Origin: an uncultured Gemmatimonadota bacterium
GTDB taxonomy: Bacteria > Blakebacterota > Blakebacteria > Blakebacterales > Blakebacteraceae
Length of the DNA: 46,007 nt
Assembly (NCBI GenBank): GCA_964576115.1
Contig: CAZNUA010000028.1
Location: 1 to 46,007, forward strand
Direction: 5' to 3'
Shown here: in pieces, positions 1-9,882 of the stretch
Layout: each line of letters starts with the position of its first letter
Numbering within the stretch: position 1 is the first letter of the stretch
Made by a program: the position numbers and the translations under genes
Notes under the pieces: generated by a model
Databases searched by the model: none
What the model saw: the letters and a program-made list of their open reading frames with translations, nothing else
Told to the model about the DNA's origin: nothing

Positions 1-941
1 GTGCGTTGATGCAGTCCCTCGGGGGTGAGGTCGAGGATGGGGGTGGTGCCGGTCGTGGCCCGGCCGCCGGCGTTCTCGACCACGAAGGCCAGCGGTGCGG
101 CCTCGTACACGAGCCGCAGTTTGCCCTGCGGGCGATCGGGATCCTTCGTGTCTTCCGGGTACAGGAAGATCCCGCCGTAGAGCAGATTGCGGTGCACGTC
201 GGCCACCAGACTGCCGATATAGCGGCCGGTGTACGGCCGGCCTTCGCCCGGAGTCTTGAGCCATGCGATGTACCTGCGGACGGGTTCGTTCCACCAGACC
301 GCATAGCCCTCGTTGATACTGAAGATCCGCCCCCGCTCGGGGATGGCGAGATCGGGGTGGCTGAGCAGAAACTCTCCGATGCCGGGATCGAGGGTGAAGC
401 CGTGCGCCCCGCCGTTGCGGGCGGCGTAGACCAGCATGGTGGACGAGCCGTATATGAGATACCCGGCTCCGACCTGCTCCCGTCCCGGGCGGCAGACATC
501 GCAGATCGCCGCTTTCTGCCCCTCGCTATCGTAGCGGTAGATCCCGAAGATGGTGCCGATACTGACGTTGGCGTCGATGTTCGAGGAGCCGTCGAGCGGA
601 TCGAGGGTTACCAGGTAGTGGCCCCGCGGATCTTCGTGCTCGATCCGGATCAGATCCTCGTCCTCCTCGTTGGCGATGGCGGCCACGTGCCCGCCCCGGC
701 GCAGGATCCCGACCAGCACGTCGCGGGCGTAGTGGTCGAGCTTCTGGACCCGCTCCCCCTGCACGTTGACATCGCCGGTGGCCCCGAGAATGTCGCCCAG
801 ACCGGCCCGGTTGACTTCGCGGGCGATGATCTTGCCGGCCAGAGCCAGCTCGAGCAGCAGCCGACTGAACTCCCCGGTCGCGCCGGGGAACTGTTTCTGC
901 TGCTCGTGCACGTGGTTCTCGATTGTTACGATCCGTTCCAC
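1..941 (-). CDS. fbp: Class 1 fructose-1,6-bisphosphatase (3' end runs off the window)
   Basis: Not in the ORF track; translated by hand from GTG at 941 behind an [23 protein letters not shown]...NVQGERVQKLD...DPLDGSSNIDANVSIGTIFGIY...GKLRLVYEAAPLAFVVENAGG, which are FBPase I signature motifs. Confidence 0.95.
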   Translation of the reverse strand, partial: MERIVTIENHVHEQQKQFPGATGEFSRLLLELALAGKIIAREVNRAGLGDILGATGDVNVQGERVQKLDHYARDVLVGILRRGGHVAAIANEEDEDLIRIEHEDPRGHYLVTLDPLDGSSNIDANVSIGTIFGIYRYDSEGQKAAICDVCRPGREQVGAGYLIYGSSTMLVYAARNGGAHGFTLDPGIGEFLLSHPDLAIPERGRIFSINEGYAVWWNEPVRRYIAWLKTPGEGRPYTGRYIGSLVADVHRNLLYGGIFLYPEDTKDPDRPQGKLRLVYEAAPLAFVVENAGGRATTGTTPILDLTPEGLHQR

Positions 942-2323
942 TCTCCGGCCTCCTGACGATAGGCGATGCCGTGATGGTCCAGGCGGGAATAGAGCCGGCG
1001 CCGGCTCATGTGCAGCAGCCGGGCCGCCTCGGTCTTGTTCCCCCCGGCCGTGCGCAGGGCCTCGAGAATGTGTTCTTTCTCGAGTGCCTCCAGATCCACC
1101 CCCTCTTCGGGGATCCGGATCTTCCCGCTGCGGCCCGAGCCCGGGACCGCCCCGTGGTCCGCGGCCGGTGGACTCATCAGCCAGTCCAGATCGACGGCCC
1201 CGATCTCGCGGCCGGGCCCGGCCAGGATCCCTGCCCGTTCCAGAACGTTCTCGAGTTCGCGGACGTTCCCCGGCCAGTCGTAGCTCATCAGGATCTCGAG
1301 TGCGGCCTCGGTGATGGCGACCGGCGGCACCCGCCGGGCCAGGAAGTGCCGGGCCAGTTCCGGGATATCCTCGCGGCGCTCGCGCAGGGGGGGCAGATGC
1401 AGCGGAAAGACGTTGAGACGGTAGAAAAGATCTTCACGGAAATTCCCCGTCTCGACCAGGACCGCCAGATCGCGGTTGGTGGCGGCCAGCACGCGGACAT
1501 CGATCCGGAACGTCTCGGTCGAACCGAGCCGTTCGAGTGTGCGTTCCTGCAGCACCCGCAGCAGTTTGACCTGGGCTGAAGGGGTTATCTCGCTGACCTC
1601 ATCCAGAAAGAGGGTTCCCCCGTCGGCCAGTTCGAACCGTCCCGGTCGGCGGCGCTCGGCGCCCGTGAAGGCCCCCTTCTCGTGGCCGAAGAGTTCGGAC
1701 TCGAGCAGGGTGTCGGGAAGGGCGGCGCAGTTGACGACCACGAAGGGTTCGCGGGCGCGCGGACTGGCGGCGTGGATGGCACGGGCGATGAGTTCCTTGC
1801 CGGTGCCCGATTCGCCGGTGATGAGAACGGTCGCTTCCTGCGATGCCACCCGGGCAACCAGATCGAGAACTCCCGCCAGAGCCTCTGACTGACCGACGAT
1901 CTCGCCCCCGGCGTCCCCCATGGCAGCCCGAAGTTCCCGGTTCTCGTCCTGCAGGCGACGCTCCCGGACGATGCGATCGACCATGATCAGGAGCTCGTCC
2001 ATCTCGAACGGTTTGATCAGGTAATCCCAGGCGCCCTCTTTCATGGCACTCACGGCCGTGCGGGCCGAAGCATAGGCGGTCATGAGAATGACCTCGGTGC
2101 CGGGCCAGAGTTTCTTGATCTCGGCCAGCAGTTCGAGCCCGTCCAGTCCGGGCATCTTCAGATCGGTCACCACCAGGTCCCGTGTCCGGGTTCGCAACAG
2201 GTCGAGCGCCCGGGCGCCGTCGGCAGCGGTCTCGACTTCATGGCCGTGATCGGCGAGTTCAAGGGCCACCAGCTCGGCCATGCGGGGTTCGTCATCCACG
2301 ACCAGGATACGCGCCACGATCAC
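926..2323 (-). CDS. Sigma54-dependent NtrC-family response regulator (REC-AAA+-Fis HTH)
   Basis: ILVVDDE receiver domain, GESGTGKE Walker [27 protein letters not shown]-terminal HTH. Confidence 0.95.
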   Translation of the reverse strand: MIVARILVVDDEPRMAELVALELADHGHEVETAADGARALDLLRTRTRDLVVTDLKMPGLDGLELLAEIKKLWPGTEVILMTAYASARTAVSAMKEGAWDYLIKPFEMDELLIMVDRIVRERRLQDENRELRAAMGDAGGEIVGQSEALAGVLDLVARVASQEATVLITGESGTGKELIARAIHAASPRAREPFVVVNCAALPDTLLESELFGHEKGAFTGAERRRPGRFELADGGTLFLDEVSEITPSAQVKLLRVLQERTLERLGSTETFRIDVRVLAATNRDLAVLVETGNFREDLFYRLNVFPLHLPPLRERREDIPELARHFLARRVPPVAITEAALEILMSYDWPGNVRELENVLERAGILAGPGREIGAVDLDWLMSPPAADHGAVPGSGRSGKIRIPEEGVDLEALEKEHILEALRTAGGNKTEAARLLHMSRRRLYSRLDHHGIAYRQEAGEWNGS

Positions 2324-3852
2324 TCTCCCCCTTTCTCTTCAGCCCCGGGCTGTTCCGGCGGCCCCGGGTCGGCCGACGCAGCGGTGCCTGCGGGAGCGGG
2401 AGTACCGGTCGGGCCGACCGCCGGGGCCGGGACCACCGGCAGCCGGATCGAAGCCCGGGTCCCCCCCTCCTCGGGGCAGACGATCTCGAGCTCACCGCCA
2501 TGGTCGCGCACGATCTCGCGCACGATCGTCAGTCCCAGTCCGTTGCCGTCGGCACGGGTGGTGAAGAACGGTTCGTAGATGCGTTTCCTGATCCGGGGAG
2601 GTATGCCGGGGCCGTCGTCCTCGACCCCGAGCAGGATCTCTTCCGGTGCCTCTTCCGGCTTCTTCCCCCCCGCCGGCTCCCCTGTCCCCGCGGCAGGCGC
2701 CGAACGGGCGAAGAAGCAAACCCGCCCGGTAGTGCCGAGAGCTTCGAGGGCATTGGTACCCAGATTGAGCAGGGCCTGGCGCAGCAGATGCGGATCGCCT
2801 CGCAGAGCGGGCAGATCGAGGGCGACCTCCAGCTCGAGTTCGATTCCCTCGGGTGGATTCATCCTGCTCAAGGCGTCGCGGGCCGCGGCTGCGAGCCCGC
2901 CCGGGTCCACTTCCTGCCAGATCATCCCGCCCTCCCGGGTATAGGTCAGATAGCGCTCGGTCAGATCCTGCAGGCGGCCCGTTTCCTCTTCGATGTAGGC
3001 GACCATTTCCGCGAGCCGGGGATCGGCGCTCCGGCGCCCTCCCCCCTGGCTCTCGATCCATTTCCCCATCCGTTCGGCCGAGTATTTGATGATCCCGACC
3101 GGGTTGCGGATCTCGTGCGCCACCTGGCTGGCCAGACGGCCGAGGGCGGCCATCCGGTCCTCCCGATCCAGGGCCAGACGGGCCCGATTCACCTGGCGCT
3201 GCAGGCCCAGGTAGGCAGCCACGAGAAGCAGCAACAGAATCCCGGCCGCAGCCATACCGGTGCCCATGACCGTGCGGACCCGGGCCAGCGAAGCAAAGAA
3301 ATCGGCGCTGGCCTCGACTACCAGGACAGCCACCACCTCGCCGTCCCCCAGCAGGGTTCTGACCGGAGCGAAACCGCACTTGAGCCAGATCGAACCCACC
3401 GGCAGGGTCTGCGAGACGGTCACCTCATCGGTCGCCAGGGCGGTGAGGATCGCCTCGCCGTGGGTCGCCAGGTAGGGATAGGCTCCGCCGGGCCGGTAGA
3501 GCGAACTGTCGCTGCTCGAATACCCTATGGTGAACTCGACCGGATCGAGCAGGAGGATCGCATCGAGATCGTTCTCGAGCTGCATCCGGGGCAGGACGAA
3601 ATCGAGCAGGCTCAACGTGAAGGGATCGAATCCCCCGCCCGGATCCGGCAGGTCGTCCCCCTGAATGAAACCAGTAGCCAGCAGGGTTCGAACCACGCTC
3701 TCGAGTCGACTGCCGAGAGCGGTGTCCAGAGCCGTCTCGACCCGCCGGTAGATCCACAGGTCGGTCAGGGCGATCACGAGCAGGGTGCCCGCCACGAAGA
3801 GGAGCAGGCCGATACCCCCTCGCCGGCGCCGGGGTGTGAAGTCGGGACGCAT
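2320..3852 (-). CDS. Membrane sensor histidine kinase
   Basis: Two TM segments, H-box VAHEIRNP, N-box LLNLGTNA, DDGPG, FFTT, GLGL; 4-bp overlap with the regulator. Confidence 0.93.
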   Translation of the reverse strand: MRPDFTPRRRRGGIGLLLFVAGTLLVIALTDLWIYRRVETALDTALGSRLESVVRTLLATGFIQGDDLPDPGGGFDPFTLSLLDFVLPRMQLENDLDAILLLDPVEFTIGYSSSDSSLYRPGGAYPYLATHGEAILTALATDEVTVSQTLPVGSIWLKCGFAPVRTLLGDGEVVAVLVVEASADFFASLARVRTVMGTGMAAAGILLLLLVAAYLGLQRQVNRARLALDREDRMAALGRLASQVAHEIRNPVGIIKYSAERMGKWIESQGGGRRSADPRLAEMVAYIEEETGRLQDLTERYLTYTREGGMIWQEVDPGGLAAAARDALSRMNPPEGIELELEVALDLPALRGDPHLLRQALLNLGTNALEALGTTGRVCFFARSAPAAGTGEPAGGKKPEEAPEEILLGVEDDGPGIPPRIRKRIYEPFFTTRADGNGLGLTIVREIVRDHGGELEIVCPEEGGTRASIRLPVVPAPAVGPTGTPAPAGTAASADPGPPEQPGAEEKGGE

Positions 3853-3941
3853 GCGGGTATGCTATGACTGTACCATATGGGACACAAGGAAGAATGTACC
3901 GGGGCAAGGCGTCGACGCACCGCGCTTGTGACCCGGCGGTC

Positions 3942-5264
3942 TTACGTCAGGCGTTTCCTGACACTCTCGATCGCTTCGGTCAGGGCGGTATCGAGGGCTT
4001 CGCCCCGGGGCCCGCCCCCCGACGCGTACCCGGGTTTGCCCCCGCCCCCACCGCCCACGATCGCGGCCGCTTCGCCGAGCAGTGCCCCGGCATCCAGATC
4101 GAGACCGTCGCCGCGGGCGAAGAGCAGCCGGGCGGTGCCTTCCACCCCCGCCCCGAGCAGGGCCACGACGTCGTCGTGCCCGACCAGTTCGGTCGCCACG
4201 GCAGGCAGTGTTTCCGGGGGCAGGTCGTCGAGGCGGGCCACGATCACCCGGGCCGAGCCTATCTGCTCGGCGCCCCCGAGCAGAGCCGAGACGCGCAGGG
4301 GCACCAGCGCACGCTCGAGAGCGGCGATCTCGTGACGCAGATCGCGGTGCTGCTCCATGATATCGCTCACCCGGTCGGGAAAGTTCAGTGCCCCGGTGGT
4401 GAGAATCTCGCCCAGCTCGGCGGCGATGCGGTCCAGTTCGGTCAGCCGGCGGCGCAGGCGGATTCCGCAGAGAAAGGTGATGCGGAACAGGCCGTGGGCC
4501 CGGCTCGATCCCGAGGCCAGAACGTGGATGCCGCCGATACGGGCGGTGGAGGGCACGTGAGTACCCCCGCAGGGCACGGCATCGAAGGCGCCTATTTCGA
4601 CCAGGCGGATCCGACCGGTCGTCCCGTCCGGCGGCGGCCGCCGGGCCTGCCGGACGGCCTCGTCATCGGCTTCGACCAGGCGCACCGTGACCGGCAGGTC
4701 TTCATCCACCAGGGCATTGGCCCGGATCACCGCCTGAAGCAGGTCGGCCGGGGTGAGCTCGCGGGAAAGATCGATGGTGCTCTCTTCCTCCCCGAGGTGA
4801 AAGCCTTGTGTCCGAGCGCCCCAGGTGTCGAGTAGAACCCGGCTGAGCAGATGCTGGCCGGTGTGCTGCTGCATGATCTCCCAGCGTCGGGGCCAGTTGA
4901 TCGCCCCCTCGACCTTCTCCCCGACCGCGAGGGGGATATCGATATGGTGCACGATGACGCCGCGTTCGGATTGAACGTCGAACACTTCGGCTTCGCCGAG
5001 CCGGCCCTCGTCGGCGGGCTGCCCGCCCCCCTCGGGGTAAAAGGCGGTCCGGTCGAGCACCACGAGAGCCCCCTCCTGCGCCTCACGTACCTCGAGCACG
5101 ATTGCCTCGAAATCGGTCTGGAAGGGATCGTCCCAGAACAGGCGCTGGGTGCCCTCGCCGGTTTCTCCGGACACGTGTTCGTCTGAACCGTCCGGAATCC
5201 GCTCGCCGGAACCGCCCGGTATCTGCTCGCCGGAACCGCCCGGTATCCGCTCGCCGGAAGCCAT
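3942..5264 (-). CDS. Free-standing alanyl-tRNA editing protein (AlaX-L type, with C-terminal DHHA1)
   Basis: LDRTAFYPEGGGQPAD, HTGQH and CGGTH zinc motifs, GGGGGK DHHA1 tail. Confidence 0.88.
   Translation of the reverse strand: MASGERIPGGSGEQIPGGSGERIPDGSDEHVSGETGEGTQRLFWDDPFQTDFEAIVLEVREAQEGALVVLDRTAFYPEGGGQPADEGRLGEAEVFDVQSERGVIVHHIDIPLAVGEKVEGAINWPRRWEIMQQHTGQHLLSRVLLDTWGARTQGFHLGEEESTIDLSRELTPADLLQAVIRANALVDEDLPVTVRLVEADDEAVRQARRPPPDGTTGRIRLVEIGAFDAVPCGGTHVPSTARIGGIHVLASGSSRAHGLFRITFLCGIRLRRRLTELDRIAAELGEILTTGALNFPDRVSDIMEQHRDLRHEIAALERALVPLRVSALLGGAEQIGSARVIVARLDDLPPETLPAVATELVGHDDVVALLGAGVEGTARLLFARGDGLDLDAGALLGEAAAIVGGGGGGKPGYASGGGPRGEALDTALTEAIESVRKRLT
5183..5259. repeat. 24-bp in-frame tandem repeat, about 3 copies (SGERIPGG)
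   Basis: Unit ccggaaccgcccggtatcYgctcg; the protein begins SGERIPGG SGEQIPGG SGERIPDG. Confidence 0.85.
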
Positions 5265-5274
5265 CGATTTCTCC

Positions 5275-7596
5275 TCAGAAGAGGAACAGATAGGTCGCCT
5301 TCAACATGATTGTACGCCCGGTTGAGACGGGGGTGAAGTCGGGACCGGAATCGAAGACGTCATTGTACACCAGGTAGATTTCGGTTCCGTCGCGGATGAT
5401 CCAGTGCAGCAGGTAGTTGGAGAGAATCGCCCGGGTGGCGTCGTTGTACTGCAGGTAGGCCTTGGCCCGCAGTTGCGGCGAAAAGCTGTAGGCCGCACGC
5501 AGGTTGACCACGTTGGTCGTAAAATCCTCGGCCTCGGGTCCCATCGAGGTGAGCACATTGCGATTCAGCCCCAGATTGGTGCCGAAGTGAGGCGAGGGCT
5601 GCCAGGTGAGATTCACATCCCCGCTCAGACGCATGCCGTCGTAGTAGCTGCCCCACGAACCGCCCAGCCGCAGCCGCAGTGGGCGGCGGCTGTCGGTCGA
5701 ACCGTTCAATCGCAGGCCGGTCCACTCGTACGGTCCAGCCAGAATCGTGACCGTGCTATCGGTCCCGGGGTCGGTGTAGATGGTAAAACACTCGTCGAGC
5801 AGATCCCACTCGCGGGAGAGGGTCAGGAAGAGATTGGCCGTGTTCTCCATGAAGACCCAGACCCTGGCCTGCAGCTCGCGGGTCTCCAGACGATCAGCGA
5901 GGTCGGTCAGATAGCTGGCTTCGGTCGTGAACGAGATCTGACGGATACCGAGCACCCCGGGGCGGGGGCTCCAGCCGAATTCCCCCGATGTTTCCCGCAG
6001 CCCGGTCCGGCGCACGAAACCCATGTCGGCCTGAAAATCGTCACCGATCTTGCGGTGCTGCAGGCGTACCTCCCAGAGGTCGGTATCCCAGTTGAACATC
6101 CCCGACCAGGCCAGGGCATCGCCGGTGATGGCGGGATCGAAAGCCCGGGCCATTTCGGCCCGGATGGTGGTGGAGGTACCGAAGGCAAGATTGGTATCGA
6201 ATCTCAGCGTCCGGTTATAGTCCCCGGCACTCGGATCCATGCTGGTGGCCAGCACTCCGATCGAGGAGCGCTCGAGGATATTACGGCGCAGACTGAGGAC
6301 CGACCACGAGGTCCCGCTGACCTCGCCGTCGTCCTCCAGGTCCTTGCCGCCGGTCAGGACATTGAGCACACCCAGCGACCACGCCCCCGCCCGTCCGGTG
6401 AGTTTGGCGCCGTAGGTGATCGGCACTTCCTCACCCTCGGCCAGGCCGATGCGCCGCGAGTAGAAGAGCTGCAGGTCCTGTCCGCCTCCGCCTCCACCGC
6501 CACCCCCACCGCCCCCATACCCGTAGCCGCCCCCTCCGCCGCCGAAAATACCCGCTCCTTCGAGGAAGAAATCCCGTTTCTCGGGGAAGTAGAGGCTGAA
6601 GCGGGTCAGATTGACCCGCTCCTGGTCGGCCTCGACCTGGGCGAAGTCGGTATTCAGGGTCAAATCGAAGGTCAGGTTGGGTGTCGGGGCCCATTTGACG
6701 TCGAGCCCGGTGTCGGCCACGGTGTTGTTCCCATAGCCGCCTTCATCCTGCTGCAATCGTTCGCCACCCCCGGCGACATACGGTTTGACCTGCAGGTTGG
6801 TCCCCTGATGCAGGCCCGTCAGACCGTGCAGACTGCCGGCGTTGGAAAGCCGCTGCAGACCGCGGTAGCCGAGATCGCGCGGGGTGGGAACCCAGTAGGT
6901 CTCCTCGTTGTTCCGGGTGATCGAGCGGAAGAAGTTGATCCCCCAGACATGCTCGCCGCCGTTGCCGGGGAAGCGGAGCTGGCTGAAGGGAATCTCGATC
7001 TCGGCCGACCAGCCGGTCCCGTCGACCGAGGTACAGGCGTCCCAGACGATATTGAAATCGGGATTGGTGTTCCGCCCCTCGTCGGTGATGTACCCGTCGT
7101 GACGGGCGCAGGCGGGATTGACGGTGAAGACGAAGGCGTTGCGGCGGTCGCGGAAGGTGTCGAGCACGAACTGCAGCCGGTCGTCGCGCTCCATGCGGCC
7201 GTCACGGGTGAGCTGGGTGATGTTCAGTTCTTCGGGGGCGGCGTCGTGCATCCGGGCCCCGAGATAGAGGGCGTGATCGGTATAGAGAAGGCGGATCTCG
7301 GTCTGCTCGGTCGCTGGCGCCCCCTCATCGGGATTGCGCTGGGTAAAGCCGGTCGCCGGTTCGGCCAGCCGCCAGATGTCTTCGTCGAGCCGCCCGTCGA
7401 GGACCGGACCTCGCTCGACCCGCACCGCCGTGACGCGGTAATCGGCCGGATCGTAGGCCGCGGGGCCCTGTTGAGCCAGGACCGACGAGGAGGCGGGCAG
7501 GCTGCCGGTAACCGCCAGCCCGAGCGCCGCCAGAACCGGGAGAAGGTTCCCGACCTGATTGGGGTTGCGCGTGACGATTCGGATTCCGGGCTGCAT
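5275..7596 (-). CDS. Secreted CBM9-like/DUF5916 protein with a probable C-terminal outer-membrane beta-barrel (start uncertain)
   Basis: Signal peptide, LDGRLDE...W, GWSAEIEIPFSQLRF, NTDFAQVEAD, FPEKRDFFLEG, LFYSRRIG, terminal Phe. Confidence 0.8.
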   Translation of the reverse strand: MQPGIRIVTRNPNQVGNLLPVLAALGLAVTGSLPASSSVLAQQGPAAYDPADYRVTAVRVERGPVLDGRLDEDIWRLAEPATGFTQRNPDEGAPATEQTEIRLLYTDHALYLGARMHDAAPEELNITQLTRDGRMERDDRLQFVLDTFRDRRNAFVFTVNPACARHDGYITDEGRNTNPDFNIVWDACTSVDGTGWSAEIEIPFSQLRFPGNGGEHVWGINFFRSITRNNEETYWVPTPRDLGYRGLQRLSNAGSLHGLTGLHQGTNLQVKPYVAGGGERLQQDEGGYGNNTVADTGLDVKWAPTPNLTFDLTLNTDFAQVEADQERVNLTRFSLYFPEKRDFFLEGAGIFGGGGGGYGYGGGGGGGGGGGGQDLQLFYSRRIGLAEGEEVPITYGAKLTGRAGAWSLGVLNVLTGGKDLEDDGEVSGTSWSVLSLRRNILERSSIGVLATSMDPSAGDYNRTLRFDTNLAFGTSTTIRAEMARAFDPAITGDALAWSGMFNWDTDLWEVRLQHRKIGDDFQADMGFVRRTGLRETSGEFGWSPRPGVLGIRQISFTTEASYLTDLADRLETRELQARVWVFMENTANLFLTLSREWDLLDECFTIYTDPGTDSTVTILAGPYEWTGLRLNGSTDSRRPLRLRLGGSWGSYYDGMRLSGDVNLTWQPSPHFGTNLGLNRNVLTSMGPEAEDFTTNVVNLRAAYSFSPQLRAKAYLQYNDATRAILSNYLLHWIIRDGTEIYLVYNDVFDSGPDFTPVSTGRTIMLKATYLFLF

Positions 7597-7767
7597 CGCG
7601 ATGGTCTTTTCAGGTCGTTTCCCGCTGGCGTGGTCGGTGTCGGGCATAGTCGGCAGGCAGGGCGCCGGCCAAACTATCGCCGTCACACCCGTCGGTCAAC
7701 TGCCGTCGTTCTCAGATAGTACCGCTGCGACACCGGCCGGCTTGAAACGCCTGCGATGATATTCCGC

Positions 7768-8655
7768 TCAAAGTTCGGAGCCGGTCAGCCAGGTATAGAT
7801 CTTGCGGTAGCGCCGTGAGGTTTCGGCGACCACCTCTTCGGGCAATTCGGGACCGGGGTCGGTCTTGTCCCAGTCGAGTGTCTCGAGCCAGTCGCGCACG
7901 TATTGCTTGTCCAGGCTCTCCTGGGCCACCCCGACGGTGTATTTCTCGGCCGGCCAGAAACGGCTGGAATCGGGGGTGAGGACTTCGTCGATGAGGACGA
8001 GTTCGCCGTCAATGAGTCCGAACTCGAACTTGGTGTCGGCGATGATGATTCCCTTCCCGGCCGCTTCGGCGGCTCCGGCCAGGTAGATCTCGAAGGAGAG
8101 ATCGCGCATCCGCCCGGCCAGTTCGGTGCCGATGATGTCCTGCATCCGCTCGAAGCTGATATTCTCGTCGTGATCGCCCCGTTCGGCTTTGGTGGCGGGG
8201 GTGAAGATCGGCTCGGGCAACTGCGAGGAGAGTTCGAGGCCTTCGGGCAGAGGTACCCCGCTGACCGAACGGACCGTACCGTACTCTTTCCAGCCCGACC
8301 CTGCCAGGTAACCGCGTACGACACATTCGACCGGCAGGGGTTCGGCCCGCCTGACGAGCATGCTCCGTCCGGCCAGCAGCTTGGTATACGGAGCAAAGGC
8401 CTCGGGGTAGTCGGCCGGATCGGTGCTGACCATGTGATTCGGAACGATCGATCCCAGACGGTCGAACCAGTACCGCGATATCTGGGTCAAGACCGCGCCC
8501 TTGTCGGGGATCGGAGTGGGCAGAACGACATCAAAGGCACTCAGGCGGTCGCTGGCCACGATCAGCAGGTGATCCTCCAGCCCGTAAATGTCGCGGACCT
8601 TGCCGCGCCCCAGCAGTTCCACCCCGGCGATATCGGTTTTCAGAACGGGATCCAT
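7768..8655 (-). CDS. purC: SAICAR synthase
   Basis: GKVRDIY, SDRLSAFD, ECVVRGYLAGSGW, ADTKFEFG, DEVLTPDSSRFW; GGAGG SD before ATG 8655. Confidence 0.97.
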   Translation of the reverse strand: MDPVLKTDIAGVELLGRGKVRDIYGLEDHLLIVASDRLSAFDVVLPTPIPDKGAVLTQISRYWFDRLGSIVPNHMVSTDPADYPEAFAPYTKLLAGRSMLVRRAEPLPVECVVRGYLAGSGWKEYGTVRSVSGVPLPEGLELSSQLPEPIFTPATKAERGDHDENISFERMQDIIGTELAGRMRDLSFEIYLAGAAEAAGKGIIIADTKFEFGLIDGELVLIDEVLTPDSSRFWPAEKYTVGVAQESLDKQYVRDWLETLDWDKTDPGPELPEEVVAETSRRYRKIYTWLTGSEL

Positions 8656-8771
8656 CGGTTCTCCCTCCTCCTCGTACAGGCGGCGCCGTGACGCACCGGC
8701 CCCTCTGCAGCCTCGACACACCGACCATATATACACCAGGGCACCGTCACCGGCTACGGCCGGTCGCGTCG

Positions 8772-9818
8772 TCAGGGACGTACGGTGAGAGTGATATCGC
8801 CCGAAAAGGTGGTCAGCGTCACCTGCGCCCGGGGTACGCCCCAGGTACCGGACACCGAGCGGCGGCTCACATTCTGGCCCTGCAGGTCCAGATCGAGGGG
8901 GGCGACGATGTTGCCCGAAACCGTGCTCAAGCTGATAGTGAAACCCGCTCCCGGTGCAGCGATGAATTCGATGGCGCCCGAGTGGCTCGAGAGGGCGAAT
9001 GAGCTTTCGGCCGGAACGGCCCCCTCCCAGCGGATACCGCCCCCGGTCGAGCTGGCATCGACCGAAAGAGGGGTGCCCCCCCGGATTTCGATATCGCCGC
9101 TGACACAGGTGGCCTTGATCGAACCGGCGATCGCGACCAGGACGATCCCCCCCGAAACGGTGTTGACGTACCGTACTTCCGCCGCTCGTTCGATACGGAT
9201 GTCGCCCTGCATGCTGCCGGCCTCCACCACCCCGGCGGCGTCGGTCACGAGTACCTCGCCGCTTCGCGTCTCGAGCCGCACGTCACCCCCGGTATCGCGA
9301 GCCGTGATATCGCCGCTCCCGGTCGTGATAGAGACATCGCAATCGCGGGGCAGCTCGACCGTGAAGCTGACACCGATCAGGGCGGCATCGGACTGCCGCC
9401 CGGTCAGGCGTCTGATCTCGGCGGCCGGAGGATGAGTGACACGCACCTCTGCGCTCTCGTCGCCGCCTGTGAGTTCGATCCTTATCGCTTCGAGCAGCGC
9501 CCGGGCGCTTTCTCCCGCCGGCCCGGCCACCTCCTTGACGGCTGCCAGCCGGAGTTGTCGCCCCGCGGTGCCGAGCAGGGTGACATTGCCGGCAATATTT
9601 GTCAGATCGAGACGACTCCCGGGAGGCAGACTCAGGGTGCGGGTCCAGCGGGCGGTCTGGAAGGGAGGGGTTTGATCGGTCGGGACCGTTGCGGAGCATA
9701 CCGTCCGAGCCACAGAGCCGAGCAGGATCAGGGCGGTGAGCCCGGACAGAAAAACCCCGGCTGCGGCAGCCGCCGGGGTGCTGGGAGCACGGAATCGCTG
9801 TCTTGATGGGCCGGACAT
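8772..9818 (-). CDS. DUF4097 beta-strand-repeat (putative adhesin) protein
   Basis: N-terminal hydrophobic segment and repeated T.SG.I motifs. Confidence 0.8.
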   Translation of the reverse strand: MSGPSRQRFRAPSTPAAAAAGVFLSGLTALILLGSVARTVCSATVPTDQTPPFQTARWTRTLSLPPGSRLDLTNIAGNVTLLGTAGRQLRLAAVKEVAGPAGESARALLEAIRIELTGGDESAEVRVTHPPAAEIRRLTGRQSDAALIGVSFTVELPRDCDVSITTGSGDITARDTGGDVRLETRSGEVLVTDAAGVVEAGSMQGDIRIERAAEVRYVNTVSGGIVLVAIAGSIKATCVSGDIEIRGGTPLSVDASSTGGGIRWEGAVPAESSFALSSHSGAIEFIAAPGAGFTISLSTVSGNIVAPLDLDLQGQNVSRRSVSGTWGVPRAQVTLTTFSGDITLTVRP

Positions 9819-9882
9819 GATGCCTCCCGGTCGGAGCGGTTCCCCTGCCCGCCCGACCGCGGATCGCCCGGCCGGCGGCAGG

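Noticed and set aside
6-956. 316-aa plus-strand ORF
   Set aside because: Antisense shadow of fbp, which has all the FBPase motifs.
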